DNA from: Camelus ferus
Taxonomy: Eukaryota
NCBI RefSeq assembly: GCF_009834535.1
Contig: NC_045697.1
Coordinates: forward strand, 88,910,001 to 88,974,000
DNA length: 64,000 nt
Reading direction: 5' to 3'
Shown here piece after piece: positions 26,029 to 38,624 of this stretch (within the stretch, counting starts at the first letter, position 1; every line of letters begins with the position of its first letter). Below the pieces are notes generated by a model, which made no database searches, was not told where the DNA came from, and was given only the letters and a program-made list of their open reading frames with translations. The translations under genes and the position numbers were made by a program.

Positions 26029-27200
26029 ACTGTGTGAACTTCGTGTACTGGCGTTGTTATAAAACATAAAAGCAGGAAACACTCAAACCATTGTGAGGTT
26101 GCCGACTAGAGTGGGTCACATTTGCAAAACAGGCCAGTATGGACCGGTGTTGGAGGGGAACTTAAAAATAATAACCACAATGCTGCTGAAACAGACTCAA
26201 AACAACTCTTTAATTTAAATGTACTTGGTTGACTTTATTTTCCTGCATGCATCGTATTTTGTAACTAGTCATGTGGCATGCAGCAAAGGTTTTTTCTTAT
26301 TTACCGATGTTTGATTTGTGACTTTTCAGATTAATACTGTTGCCATTGCAGAAATGAACTTGTGCTTTCACAGTGGGGTCTGTGTATTGTTTCCATTGTA
26401 TTATCACCATTATGTTTTGCATTGCAAGATCCTTGAGGCTTAACCAATCTTTGTAAAGTGTAGAAACAGTCCTCCTATCCTTGAATGAAAGACTAAGTAT
26501 TAACACTTCTCAGAGTTACAGATTTCATAGTCGATGTTGCTCAGAAATGTCTGGATATTTGAATATGTTTTTTCATGACCGTGGGTACTAAAATTAAGTC
26601 ATTTTTTTCAGCACTTTAGAATTTTCTTACCAAGTTTTGTTACAAATCCTGAATCTTTATTGTGAACAGTGATGGTCTCCTGACTTTCATCAGGCTTCCA
26701 CTAGGAACGGAATGATTGCATGTTGTCCCCAGAACACTGCCCTCTCCTACTGTGGAAGGATATTCCAGCAGCACTTCTCAGAGACACTTTTAAAAGTTAT
26801 TTATTGAAAAAAATGTTCTATGCTTTTAAAATGTTAAAGAATCTGCTTAAAGAAAGCCTATGATTGGACTTATTTTTCAACCATTTAACATTTATCCCAA
26901 GTACCCAGTTTTTATAATTTATATAAAGTCAAATTTCAAAACATCTTACTTTCTGTCATTTTGTAAATCATTTTTTTAATACTGTGTAAAAACTTGTTTT
27001 TACACCTAAGCTGTGTTTTGATACTGATATTTTCCTATGCTGAAGAGTTTTCTTACTTTCAGGGAAGGTAAGAAAATACTTTTTTTACATTTGTTACTTA
27101 TGTAACGTTCATATTTTTCACATTTTGATATTTGTAACATACTGTATGCTTTCTACTTTTAAATGCCAACGATAGAATTAAAATATTTATTTAAAATACT
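26029..27200 (+). other. FAT4: FAT4 3'UTR (3' end approximate)
   Basis: U-rich sequence after the stop with no recognisable interspersed repeat; several TGTA motifs, then ATTAAA at 27177-27182. Confidence 0.75.
27177..27182 (+). promoter_or_regulatory. Likely polyadenylation signal ATTAAA of FAT4
   Basis: Common variant PAS hexamer preceded by TGTA (CFIm-type) elements in a U-rich 3'UTR. Confidence 0.65.
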
Positions 27201-30004
27201 TTGCATTCAGAGTATAATGGTAATTTTTCATTTCCCCACACTTCCCACGCCCAATTGAGAACAGTCTCTGCCTGTCCATGGGGTATGGCAAATTGAACAA
27301 TAAATGGGCAACATCATTTTTTTTTAAAAACTCATGAGTCTGGATAATTGCCAGAACAGATATTTTAAGTTCACTTTAATAGATTTTTATCTGTCAGAAT
27401 TCTTGGGCTTCCCTGGAGTATGATGAGTCTAGACTAGGTTGGGGCTTAGGGGACCACCTTTGTTATGAGCCTGGTTGAAGCCTTCTGGCCATAAATGTTT
27501 GGAAGCTCCCAGGAGAGCATGTTCACTAAAGGCCAGCTTTGTACCAGGCTTATAGTAATAGGAATGGCAATGAATTAAAACTAATGATGGGAAAAATGTC
27601 TGGGCCTCATTTTCTCCAAGGACCCAGCCCCCAATTTTCTATGTCCAATGGCATGTAGGAGGAATGGCAGTGAACACTTGGCTACACCTACCTGTCTTTA
27701 ATCTATTGATCACTCTGCTGCATAAATTCTGAACAAATTCAACATGCTATCTTAGCCAAGACAAATTCCTGTTTTCAGGTAGTCACCCAAGAGTGAAACA
27801 GTTCAGGGGAAGAGACTAGCCCAGGACAAATCCATTGGTATAAACAGTTACATTTGAAATAATAGGACTTCTGCAAATTACCTCGCAATCTCAGAACTGT
27901 CTGCTCCGTCAAATATCTGCTCCGTAACTAATATTTGCTGAGAATATTGTCCTCTACCACTGGCTGTTTCATACTGAATAGAGATTTTAATAACATAGAA
28001 AAGTTTTTAGTTTACAAAATATGGAAAAGCTTTTAGTAAATAAAATATTTTAGTAAATAGAATATTTAAAAATTAACAGACTGAGATACATGCTAGAATT
28101 ATTTTGTTATTTAGTAATGCTGAGATTATTATTTTTCTTCAAATAGAAAATAAAATGTGGGTATAATCTAAATTGTAATATTCTTTTCACATGGTTTAAG
28201 GACTGAGTGTAAGACTACTAACCTAATTTTGGAGGGGTCTTTTTTGTTACCTGTGATGAGCCAACATGTTTTAGTATTTCCCTGTGAATTTTAGTATTAT
28301 AAATTTATGCATCAAATATGGGAACATGTTGATTGCTTTGCATAATTCAAAACAGGAAACATTTTTTTTTCTCAAGGAACTCTGACGCATCTCAATGTCC
28401 TTAAGAATATAAACTCTATAATTGAGAACAGTGCTAAAAGTAAAATGATAAACATGATTTCAACTAAGGATTAAGGGTAAAGAATCTGATGCCAAGATTC
28501 TGTATTCTAATTCCCTAAGAATTTTTTGCAAGATAGAGAATTACTATTATTTTGATTAATTAGTCCCAGTTTAGGCAGAAGATAGGATTCTTAAAGGAGC
28601 ATTTCTAGTCTTTGGTTCCTCTTTGAAATCATTGCCATTGAAGCAAGAATAAAATTTATGTAGCAAAATGAATCAGAAATGTATGGAATGACATTTTCAC
28701 TTAAAATGGGGATGAATACTTACTGAAATAGTGAAGTGACATAACATTACTGTAGTGAGGTGGGTTTTGGAGACCGACTGACAGGTAACCATCCCCACAA
28801 ATTAATGATTAGTAGTGACCTGCACTTTCGCACATAAGACCATGATGTCAGAATTTTAATCCAGTCCTTGCAAGGGTTATTGGCTTGTCTGCAATACAGT
28901 CGCTCCTTGGGGCCCCTCCTGCTTGCGTGTTGTGGAGAAAACGTTACTTTCTTTCAGGTGCACACAGAGAATACCTTAGTGGGCATGTCGTCAGGAGAAG
29001 CAGCTTGTGATCACTCAGTCACAAGATCAGGAGGCTTAGATTGGCACCACGACACAGAACTCCAATCACTCAGCAGTTAAGGAGTGCACTGCTGTTGCTT
29101 TCAAGGCCGTTTACAAAATTTTCTAAGTTATTGACCATTTGTTCAGATAAATTAAAATCATCTGAGGAAAATGGAGCATCAGAAGGGACTGGAGCACAAC
29201 TTCTGACTCATATGTTGCTATTAAAATGTTTATAGACACCAAGGTTGATGAGAGTGGTAACTATTGAAAGTTAGATTCTTTATAAATATTTTTCTTTATA
29301 AGAAAAAATGTATCACCCTGTGACTTTATTACTTCTAGACATCCCATCCCAGAAATCACTATTTTCATGAAATTTTTATTTACTTGAACTCAACATTATG
29401 ATAAATTAATCTGTAAAAGGTAAAGATGAATTTTAAATTTTGAACCAATCATTCAGCAGTGCACTTTTTCTTTTTCCATCATTTTATATCATAGATTCAA
29501 TTCTAAAAGAACTAATATTCCTAGATGACTCAATTTACATTCCCCTAGGAAAAATAAGCCTAGAAATGAAATATATTTTGGCATACATCTATTAGAGCTT
29601 TCAGTATGAAATAAAATATTAAAGTCTATGATTAATCTAGTACATATCCCTTACAGATATTTTGAGTGAAATGTCACATCTTTAAAAATTTACATGGTTA
29701 CTACCGCTGAGCCCGCCAGCAGTTTTAATAGTTTACCAGTCCAGGAGTTACAGGCTGGTATTATATATGTATTCAGTATTTTCATTTATTGTTAATGAGT
29801 CAAAAGGCACTAGGTTCTAATACATTTTGGTGCACAGAATGTTGATACATACAGGTAAATATCACTGATCCAATCCCAACATAATCTATGCATCTACGAT
29901 AATCATTGCAAACAAATATATTTTAGACCCAAGACCATGAAGTACAACATTCTCCCTCAACAAAGAAATACACTGAGATATAAAGAAGTTCAGTGTCCTG
30001 GGTA

Positions 30005-30465
30005 AATCATTTAATCATAAACAATTAAGTGTTCTTCATATGCCAGGCACTCTTCTTGATCAGGGGATAAAACAGTGAAAAAAATAGACAAAGACCTTCC
30101 TTGATGGAACTTCTATTTTAGTAGAGGAGACAGACAATCAACCAATAATTACAGTAACAATGTAATAACCAATAAATACAGTAACAATGATACAGTGTAC
30201 TGTCCAGTAGAAACAAATGCTAGCAAGCCAACTGAAGCAGAGTAAGGGCTACATGTTGATTTGGGAGTGTGCACGCTAGTGTAGGTGGGTTGGTCAGGGA
30301 GGACCTTTCTGGGGAGGTGACATTTGAGCAGAGCACTGAATGAGACAGGAAAGCAAGCCAGGGACAGTCTCATGGGTGATGCTATTGCAGGCAGGGGCAA
30401 TGGCATGGGGACGCCGCCAGTTGGAGAACATTCCATGTCAAAGGAACAGCCAGAGAGGGAGCGAA
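30005..30465 (-). mobile_element. L2 LINE 3' fragment
   Basis: tatgccaggcactcttct...ggggataaaacagtgaa...ggagacagacaat...tggtcagggaggacctttctggggaggtgacatttgagcagag. Confidence 0.75.
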
Positions 30466-33400
30466 GCCAGCTCATTGTCAACACATCAACAAAGACTGCA
30501 CCACAAAAACCTTAAGGTTGAATGGATGTGAGGATAAAGAGTAAGAATGATAATTCAGAACAGGCCCAGAAACAGAATTATTGTTGAAGCAAGTCTTCAT
30601 TTATGTATATTCACTTGCAACGTAAGTGCATCTCCAAATGCAAAACAAACCCTGAGAATGTGGATGCGTACTCACACTGCACTGATGGTTAAGATCCAGA
30701 AGACAAAAGGAGAGATGTTTTTAATCCAGATGAATGTCTGTGCTAATGATGATTGATTCACGTGATCCTCCATGACCAATCCAAACCTGTAGGCATATTA
30801 ATAGGAAGCATGTTAAGATATACAATAGTAAAGCAGTCTATTTCCTTTACTGCTGAGCCATGAATATATCCAAAGTATGTAATACCTACTAATTAGAAGA
30901 TCGCAGACATTTTAATTTCAAAAATTGATTGATTTATTTTTTCATGAAGTGGATCATTTGCAAAGAAAAATTTTCAAGTGAAATGAGATAGATTTATATT
31001 GGTGGCAAAGAGTGATGGCAAACAAGATATCTCTAAGACTTGATGATAAATCTATGCCTAAACTGAAGGCAACTAAAACTTGTCCAAGTATCTTATAATG
31101 AGCTTTGTTTATGATGAGTGTAATTAACCTCCATCTTTGCATCACTAATAAAGTTTTGTACAAGTATGCTAGAATTTTATTAAAGATCTAAGTTAAGTGT
31201 GGTGAACTAGGATTAAGATGTAAAGACATACTTTAGGCATACACCAGGAAAACTCAGGAGGAAGTCTCTTTATGTGCGTATGACATATGTACAATATATA
31301 TATGTCAGACCCAAAATTATGTTAGAATTCGTAGGCAATTCTGACAAATGTTTAATTGACATCCTATAGGTAACCTAAGGACTCTTCATATTTCTATTCC
31401 ATGCTGAATGGATGACAGACTCGTTAAATCCTCACGTAACGTGTATTCAAGTTAGAAATACTGAAAATATTTTTGAGAGCGTCTCCATATCTGAAGACAT
31501 ATAATTAAAATGGAAGAAGACCCACAGAATGTTTAAAAACACACTGCATAAAAGCAGATAATTTCCAGGTGACCCATTGGATACTTCCAATTTTATTTAT
31601 GAATCAATTTGCCGAACCCCCAAATCAGTTTGCAGAGTACAAAGTGCACTCATCGTGGTATTCTGGCAGAAAGTTGGGATCTTAATCTGTGTACCATTCT
31701 AGCCCAAATAAAATAACCACGAATGTACAGAGTTCTTTGGCAATGTCGGTTAGTTCCCCATTTCAAATTAAAACCACATTGTATGTGGTACAGATGTTGA
31801 TGAAAATAAGATTCTGTTTTGCCAGAGCAGTCTGCTCACTTAAGTCATCCTTTTCTTACTCTATTTGCACAGTCTTTGGCCAAAATACTGCCAAGAACTT
31901 AGTTATTAGTACTCAACTTTGAAGTAGAAAAGTAAGACATCTAAGAGAAATAACTCTTTAGAAAAACAGCATGATTAAAACAATAAGCACAGCATAACCA
32001 ACTCCAAAAATGTGTTAATTCTTTTATAGCTATGAGTCTGAAGAAAGAGAAAGATAGCAGGAACTGAATCTGGGGTAATAATGCTCATCAGAAAGTCAGA
32101 TGATGAGCTGGACTCTTCATAGGAAACTGATAAATTTGGGAAATGGCTTTGGATAAATAGAAAATGAAAAGACGACTGCCCTCTTTGCTTTGAGAGAACT
32201 ATCATCATGAAACTTGATGATCTCTACCATTTAATAGGAAACCAGTCATTAAATATTTCCTCTAACTGATGCAAAAAGCTTATGACAGCATGTGCTGCAC
32301 ACACGGATACATGGATCTGGAGAGTGAATCAAAACCAGAATTTTTAGAGACAGTGATTATAAAATACTGTTTCCTGAAAGAGGATGGTTTGGGCTGTCAG
32401 TATTACAAGACAGAAAAAGTGCATTTGCATTTGAAATTGTCTTAATTTATGCAGCTGCAGATCAAGAACAGAATGAGTCCAAGAAATGCTCAAGAGATTT
32501 TGAAGTGGCAAAGTCAATTATCTATAATTTATAGGCAGCTTTCTATCCAAATTAAAGCACAATTCCTGGCCACTCTACATTTAATGGGAACTTCTAAATA
32601 GATATTTGTGGTACATCAGGTTAAAGTATAATTATTCCCTATAAATTAGTCTGTACATGAGTCTCAGTAATAACGTACATTTAAAAAATGTGTTCAGCAT
32701 TGTGTGTCAAGCACTGGGAAGAAGTAGGTGAATAAAGACAACTTTTGTCTTCAAGAAACTTGTGATTTGGGGTGACTAGACTCTTCCTTTTCCAAAATAC
32801 TTCAAAATCTACATAGCTCTGTTCTCAGAGAATTATTTCATTCATTTCCAAATATTGGTTCTCGTGTGTGCTCCACACACATTCTTTTGGACAATTGATA
32901 TAATCAGTAACTTCCTAAATTTGGTAAGCTACACATTTTTAAAAGTAAAAAAATAATAGGTCTAGTGAGTTTAAAGAACACAAGTTCTTAAAATAAGGCA
33001 ATTTACTAATATTTTTCAGCAGTTCTGTCATTGTCTAATTATGTAAGACTTAGTTAACATTCCTGGCATTTGAGAGCTTTTGCCCTGAACTATTATCAGC
33101 TTTGTCCTAGCCTTCACTACTGATTTTGAAACTGGTTCATTTGGTTTCAGGGTTATACTTTTTCACAGAATTTGGTGTCAGCTCCCACAAAAAGTATGTT
33201 TTGCTGAATTTGTGGTAAATAGAGCTGAAGTATAATTCAGGTAAAATTACTGAATAACTACCTCTGACATGTCTAGTTGTCTTAAAGTTCCATTTGCCTC
33301 CCAATTCCGATGCTTTTAATTTTCCATTTTAATTTCTCTGGGTCCCATTCAAATTGTTATAGGGACCACTTGTGGCTATATTCTGTGGAAAAGAGACATT

Positions 33401-34419
33401 CAAAACTGTGAAGATAAAAATAATAACTAAGTGATTCATTCCTTTTCTGACATTTTGGTTTTCCAATCATATATTTTTTCAATTATTCTTGTGAAATAAT
33501 AAAATACCTCTACGTGTCCTGGTTTTTCTATAAATTTCCTCTGGAGTATTCAGTATAATTTCATATTACATTTTAGGACTTTCTTTTAAGCAAATTACAT
33601 GTCTCCTAAAAGGTGCTGCATAAAATAACTGGCAAAAAATAGTTTTATAGACTCAGTAATCATCATGAGATAACTGAAAAATAGAATCTAAATGATATTA
33701 TCATCATCAATGTCACAAAACAAATGAAACATATATTTATATACTAAATTCTACTATAATGCACTTTAGGTAAAACTTAGGGCTACATTTTTTATAATAT
33801 TAATCAGAGAACTTAGTTTTACTTTATAACTCTACCAACCTTATTTAAATTTTGTTTAATAAGTACTAGTAAAGGCCAATAACAAAGTAAAATTCTATAA
33901 GAGTTTATTAATAGTACTCTATAACAAAGACTACATGCAGAATAATGAACGTAACAAAACATTTTGCCTATACTGTCAAACACTGAAATTTTTTTTTGAA
34001 GTGTTTAAAATATTCTCATCATGTATTCTAGTTAAGTCTTTTAACTTTGGGGATAATTGAGAATTTTGGAGCAATTTCAGAGATAAGTTCAACAATATGA
34101 ATTTCTGATTTCATTAAGCTAAGGTGACCTCTTTAATATTTCCCCTAATATTAAAATTGGTTTTAAAATATCAGCATACGGACAAGGCTAGTTCATAAAG
34201 GAAGTGAAAGATAGTAGTAAGTCTCTGATGCAGACACATGTTCACACACACCTTAACAAAGCAAATTGTGACTTTTTTTTAATCGAAGCTTCTTAAGTGA
34301 TTTTGCCAATTGAGACTTGAGGAAATATTCTAATCTTCTCAAAACAAGGATTTAAAGAGAATGAATTTGCAGTTGATAGACTTGAGTGTTCTCTGAATTC
34401 TAAAAGGAAGTGATGTGAT

Positions 34420-34690
34420 TAGTAAGTGACTGACGGGGTCGTTTGGGAAGCTCCCTGTGCAGAGCTACCAGGGGAGCTAAGGCTTAGAGCCGGTGTCTGT
34501 CAGGTGAAGATCTGGGAGCCAGCATCGCACACAGAGGGAGGGAAATGAGCCAAGTCATCACCTGGGGAGGAGCCTCTGTGTCCCAGGACCTGAGAAGGGC
34601 CGAGGAATCTGCAACGTGTTGAGGGAATGGCTCGAAATTAGGAGAGAGGACAAGCAGCCTGGGTTAATGGATTTGAACCTTATTCTAAAC
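34420..34690 (-). mobile_element. L2 fragment
   Basis: caggtgaagatctgggag...cagagggag...gatttgaaccttattctaa resembles antisense L2. Confidence 0.5.
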
Positions 34691-35869
34691 TCTCTTAAAT
34701 GTTCTCAACAACACAGCTCAGTCAATCTCAACTCTATCTTTAGTTGCTTAAAGTAACATTTTCTTTTTTTAATCTTAGAAGCTACATAATAAGGTTTTGA
34801 TGACAGAGACTTTAGGCATTAGGCTTACAAAAAAAAAATGTGACAAACGGGCGACATAAGAATCTGAGTTATTTCTGTGTATCTTTTTTGAAGAATGAGT
34901 GCTAAAAACCCTTATAGAGAGTATCTCTCTTCCACACACTGAATATTCAGTGATCACTTCATTGGTATAAGCTACAGCACTACCAAACCGCACAGTCTAA
35001 CAAAAGACTGATTATCCAGCACTTGATTCCGGTTACAAAATTCCTAAGATGCATAAAATTAAAACGTATATATGAAATTATAGTTCTTAGTTGCTTTTGT
35101 AATTTAGTCTTGTTGCTAGTTGATATAAATCTCAGTAATTGCAATAGGTTTACTAATGTGCTGGCTTAAAAAATAAATAATTTCTCACACATTTTACCTT
35201 CAGCTGTTTTTCTGATAGGCAACTGTAAGCCATTGCTCTTCAAGCCTGTCATATTACTTTCATTATCGTCATCCTCTGTGACCCTGCATTTTGCATTCAG
35301 CATCCTTAGAGTTTCCTTCATTTAAAGTGATGAACTAAGGCCTTCCTGCTTCAAACCAGGCCAGCTTGTGAGCTCTTTTGATTCCTCTGAAGTCCACAGC
35401 TAAGCCAGTGTTTGCTGCTGGCCTTCACCGCTGGCAGCCAACCCATCTCATCCGGTCCGATGACAGCTGTCTGGACCTTTCTGTCATCCATTCTCTATAC
35501 AGTTTGAATGCAGTGAAATTATGTCATGGTAAACAAATTTCATTTTTCATGGTTGTGCTACATAATTAAATCGTCATGGACTACAAAAGAATCCCCCTTT
35601 AATTTTTATTTAAGACTCCACTGAATTTCCTTCCTTTGGAATCAGGAATCTATTAGAATCAGGGTAGGTTCTGACTAAAAGTTTGGAGAATAATGATCAC
35701 TATTCTATCAGTTTTTATTTTGCTTTTTAGTTTTGTTTTTGTTTTGCATTTACTGTATGCTGTGCTGACCATAGTGGAGCATATAAGAATCGTACAGACC
35801 TATGTTTTAAGTCCGAGGGACAACTTGATTTACTGATAAGACATATTTATGTCAAAAAATTTTTTAAGA

Positions 35870-36745
35870 GACAATACTTGGCATAAGATTTTCCTTTGAA
35901 AAGTCAAGATTATTCTTCCCAATTATAGTTATAAACACTGAGGATCCAAGAGGGTAAGTGACTTCTAAACTCCACAAGGTTGATAAGGGTCAGAGCTAGA
36001 ATTTGAATGGGGTTTGAACTAGATTTCAACGTTCATTCTTTTTTCCACTACTACCAAATATTTGTAATGGTCTTTTCAGCTTTTAAAGAGTTTTCAAATG
36101 AGTTATCTATTTTGAACATTGTATCACACCTGTGAGGTTGATCAGACAAAATAATGAGGAAAATACTACAAATTACTGAGAGGAAAATGTAGGCTTCAAG
36201 AGATTTGCTCAAAGACACAGTCAGTAACTGACAAAGTTAATGCTGCTAAGTAGACTTAGCCCCATTTGGAGTGTTTTTGCAGTACGTTATGATGAAATGT
36301 AGAAAGGATAAAACACCAGCATGATATCTTCAACAGTAAACTGCAGTCATGTGAGAAACATTGAGCCAGGAATTGTCATACTAATAAATAATGATGTTGG
36401 AGTATGAATCTGGCAGTAGTGAATGTTATTAGAAATTAGGAACCGATATTAAAGAATCTATAAAGAAAATACAACATCAAAAAACTAAAAATACAGAGCA
36501 ATGTATAGAGAAGATCATCAGAACATGTTAAGCACCTTATGTGCATTATTCTATTTAATTTAATTAATTGATTTTATTTAAATCTCACAACTAACATATG
36601 AAGCAGTAATTTTATTCTCTGATTTACATATGAGGAAATCGAGGGTTAGGGCTCTGTTCAAGGCCATATAACTAATGAAGACTAGAACTGGAATTTAAAT
36701 CCAGGCATCTTTGAGTTCAAAGTCAACTTTACTACTAAGTACACC
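35870..36745 (-). mobile_element. Cluster of about three MIR SINE fragments
   Basis: Repeated cores aaacactgaggatccaagagggtaagtgacttc, gagaggaaaatgtaggcttcaagagatttgctcaaag, tgaggaaatcgagggttag...gaatttaaatccaggc. Confidence 0.65.
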
Positions 36746-36884
36746 AGTAATTTTCAAGTTGGTCACGGTTCTGTCCTGGTTGCTTTGCCCTAACTTTTGC
36801 CTACAGTTCTTAATAAGCTGTGTCTTTGCCATGTTTTCCACAAAGGAGCTTATACGTCTGGCTCTGTCCCCCTGTTTCTCTTTA

Positions 36885-37055
36885 CTTAAGATGCTGATCC
36901 TGAACAAATGTGCTTCTGCCGTTATTTGCTCTTCGCAACTTTTCTATGTGCACAATGAGGGTGATACTAATACCCACTCAGAAGATGGTATGAGATTAAA
37001 TGGGTTAATTTATGTAAAGTACTGAGGACTTAAAGTGCCCCACATATAATCAGAA
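36885..37055 (+). mobile_element. MIR SINE fragment
   Basis: ctatgtgcacaatgagggtgatactaatacccactcag...tgagattaaatgggttaatttatgtaaagtac. Confidence 0.65.
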
Positions 37056-37298
37056 CTTCACTAGCCATGAGAAGGATGAAACTGATCATTTTCCCCAAAA
37101 CTATTCGTGAGCCCCTACAAGGATTTTAATCCTGAAGTTGGAGTTTCTGTGGTCAGACTAGTACAATCTGTTCTGGCCTTTAGTCGAATGAATAGAAAAG
37201 ATACCAAGATAATCTTCTAATATTCCTGTTATAAAAGTATAAGCTTTTTGCTTCACAGAAGATGCAAACAAATTTGAAAGACCTCTCTAATGTCAATA

Positions 37299-37807
37299 CA
37301 GGCAGACCTCATTTTATTGACCTTCTCTTTGTTGTACTTAGCGGATAATGTTTGTTTTTTGGTTTTGTTTTTAACAAATTGAAGGTTTGTGGCAACCCTG
37401 AGTTGAGCAAGTCTTATTGGCATCATTTTCCAACATCAGTCTGCTCACTTCGTGTCTCAGTGTCACATTTTCGAAATTCTCACAGTATTTCAAACTTTTT
37501 CAATAATATTTTATTTGTTATGGGGATCTGTGATCATGGATCTTCGATGTTACTATTGCAAGAAGACTATGACCCACTGAAGGCTCGGATAATGATTAGC
37601 ATTTTTAGCAATAAAGTATTTTTAAATTAAGGTATGTGCATTGTTTTTTCAGACATATGCTATTGTACATTTAGACCACAGTATAGTGTTAACATAGCTT
37701 TTACATGCACTGGGATAGCAAAAAATCCCTGCAGCTTGCCTCATCGCTGCATGTGCTTTATTGCAGGCGATTTGCAACTGAACCTACAGTACCTCCAGGT
37801 ATGCCAG
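37299..37807. mobile_element. Internally deleted Tigger1-family (TcMar-Tigger) element, ~510 bp, both ends present
   Basis: Left end ta|caggcagacctc and right end aggtatgccag form an imperfect inverted pair; internal acaaattgaaggtttgtggcaaccctg and agcatttttagcaataaagtatttttt match recalled Tigger1 ends. Confidence 0.85.
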
Positions 37808-38186
37808 ACTTTTCATTAGATCTGAGGTAACGAGTTCACATTTTGCAATATTTCTTGTCAGAAAACGTATTGTTTTCAGAAAGCCAGTTGTGGATGCATT
37901 GTCTTACCTTTACCTAAATCTAAGGTTTCTCTTCTGCTGAGTTGAGAATGTTCACCCTTACAATTTGCACCCAGAAAAGTCCCACCCTAGATGTAAAAGG
38001 CAAGCCAGTTTAGTTAACATAATGATTTTGAGAGCAGCCAAGTTAGCATCTTTCTCAAGCACTAGAGTTGAAAATCATCACATGGTGCCTGGGAGAATCA
38101 TTGCTCTTGTGAAGGGGAACAATGTCTATATAATATTATTGCTCATCCATTTTTATTGTGAAACTATAGAATACTTTAAAAAGCTT

Positions 38187-38624
38187 CAAGTGAAATAAGT
38201 CAGAAAGAGAAAGACAAATACTATATGATCTCACATATGTGGAATCTAAAAAAATTGAACGCACAGAAACAAAGAACAGATTGGTGGTGGCCAGGGTGGC
38301 AGGGATGCGGATAGGGAATGAGTGAAGGCGGTCAAAAGGTACAAACTTCCAGGTTGAAGATAAATAAGTTCTGAGGATGTAATGTACAGAATGGTGATTT
38401 TAGTTATCAATACTGTGTTGCATATTTGCAAGCTGCTAAGAGAGTAGATCACAGAAGTTCTTAATATAAGAAAAAATGTGTAATTTTGTGAGGTGATGAA
38501 TATTAACTAAAATCATCGCGGTAATCATTTCACAATATATACATACATCAAATCATTACGTTGTACACCTTAAACTAAAACAATGTTGTACATGTCAATT
38601 ATATTTCAGTACAACTGGGAAAAA
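38187..38624 (+). mobile_element. L1MA-type 3' end fragment
   Basis: aagtgaaataagtcagaaagagaaagacaaatactatatgatctcac...ttgtacaccttaaact...tgtcaattatatttcagt. Confidence 0.85.

Noticed and set aside
30740..30910. Possible CR1/L3 LINE remnant
   Set aside because: Resemblance too weak to call without an alignment
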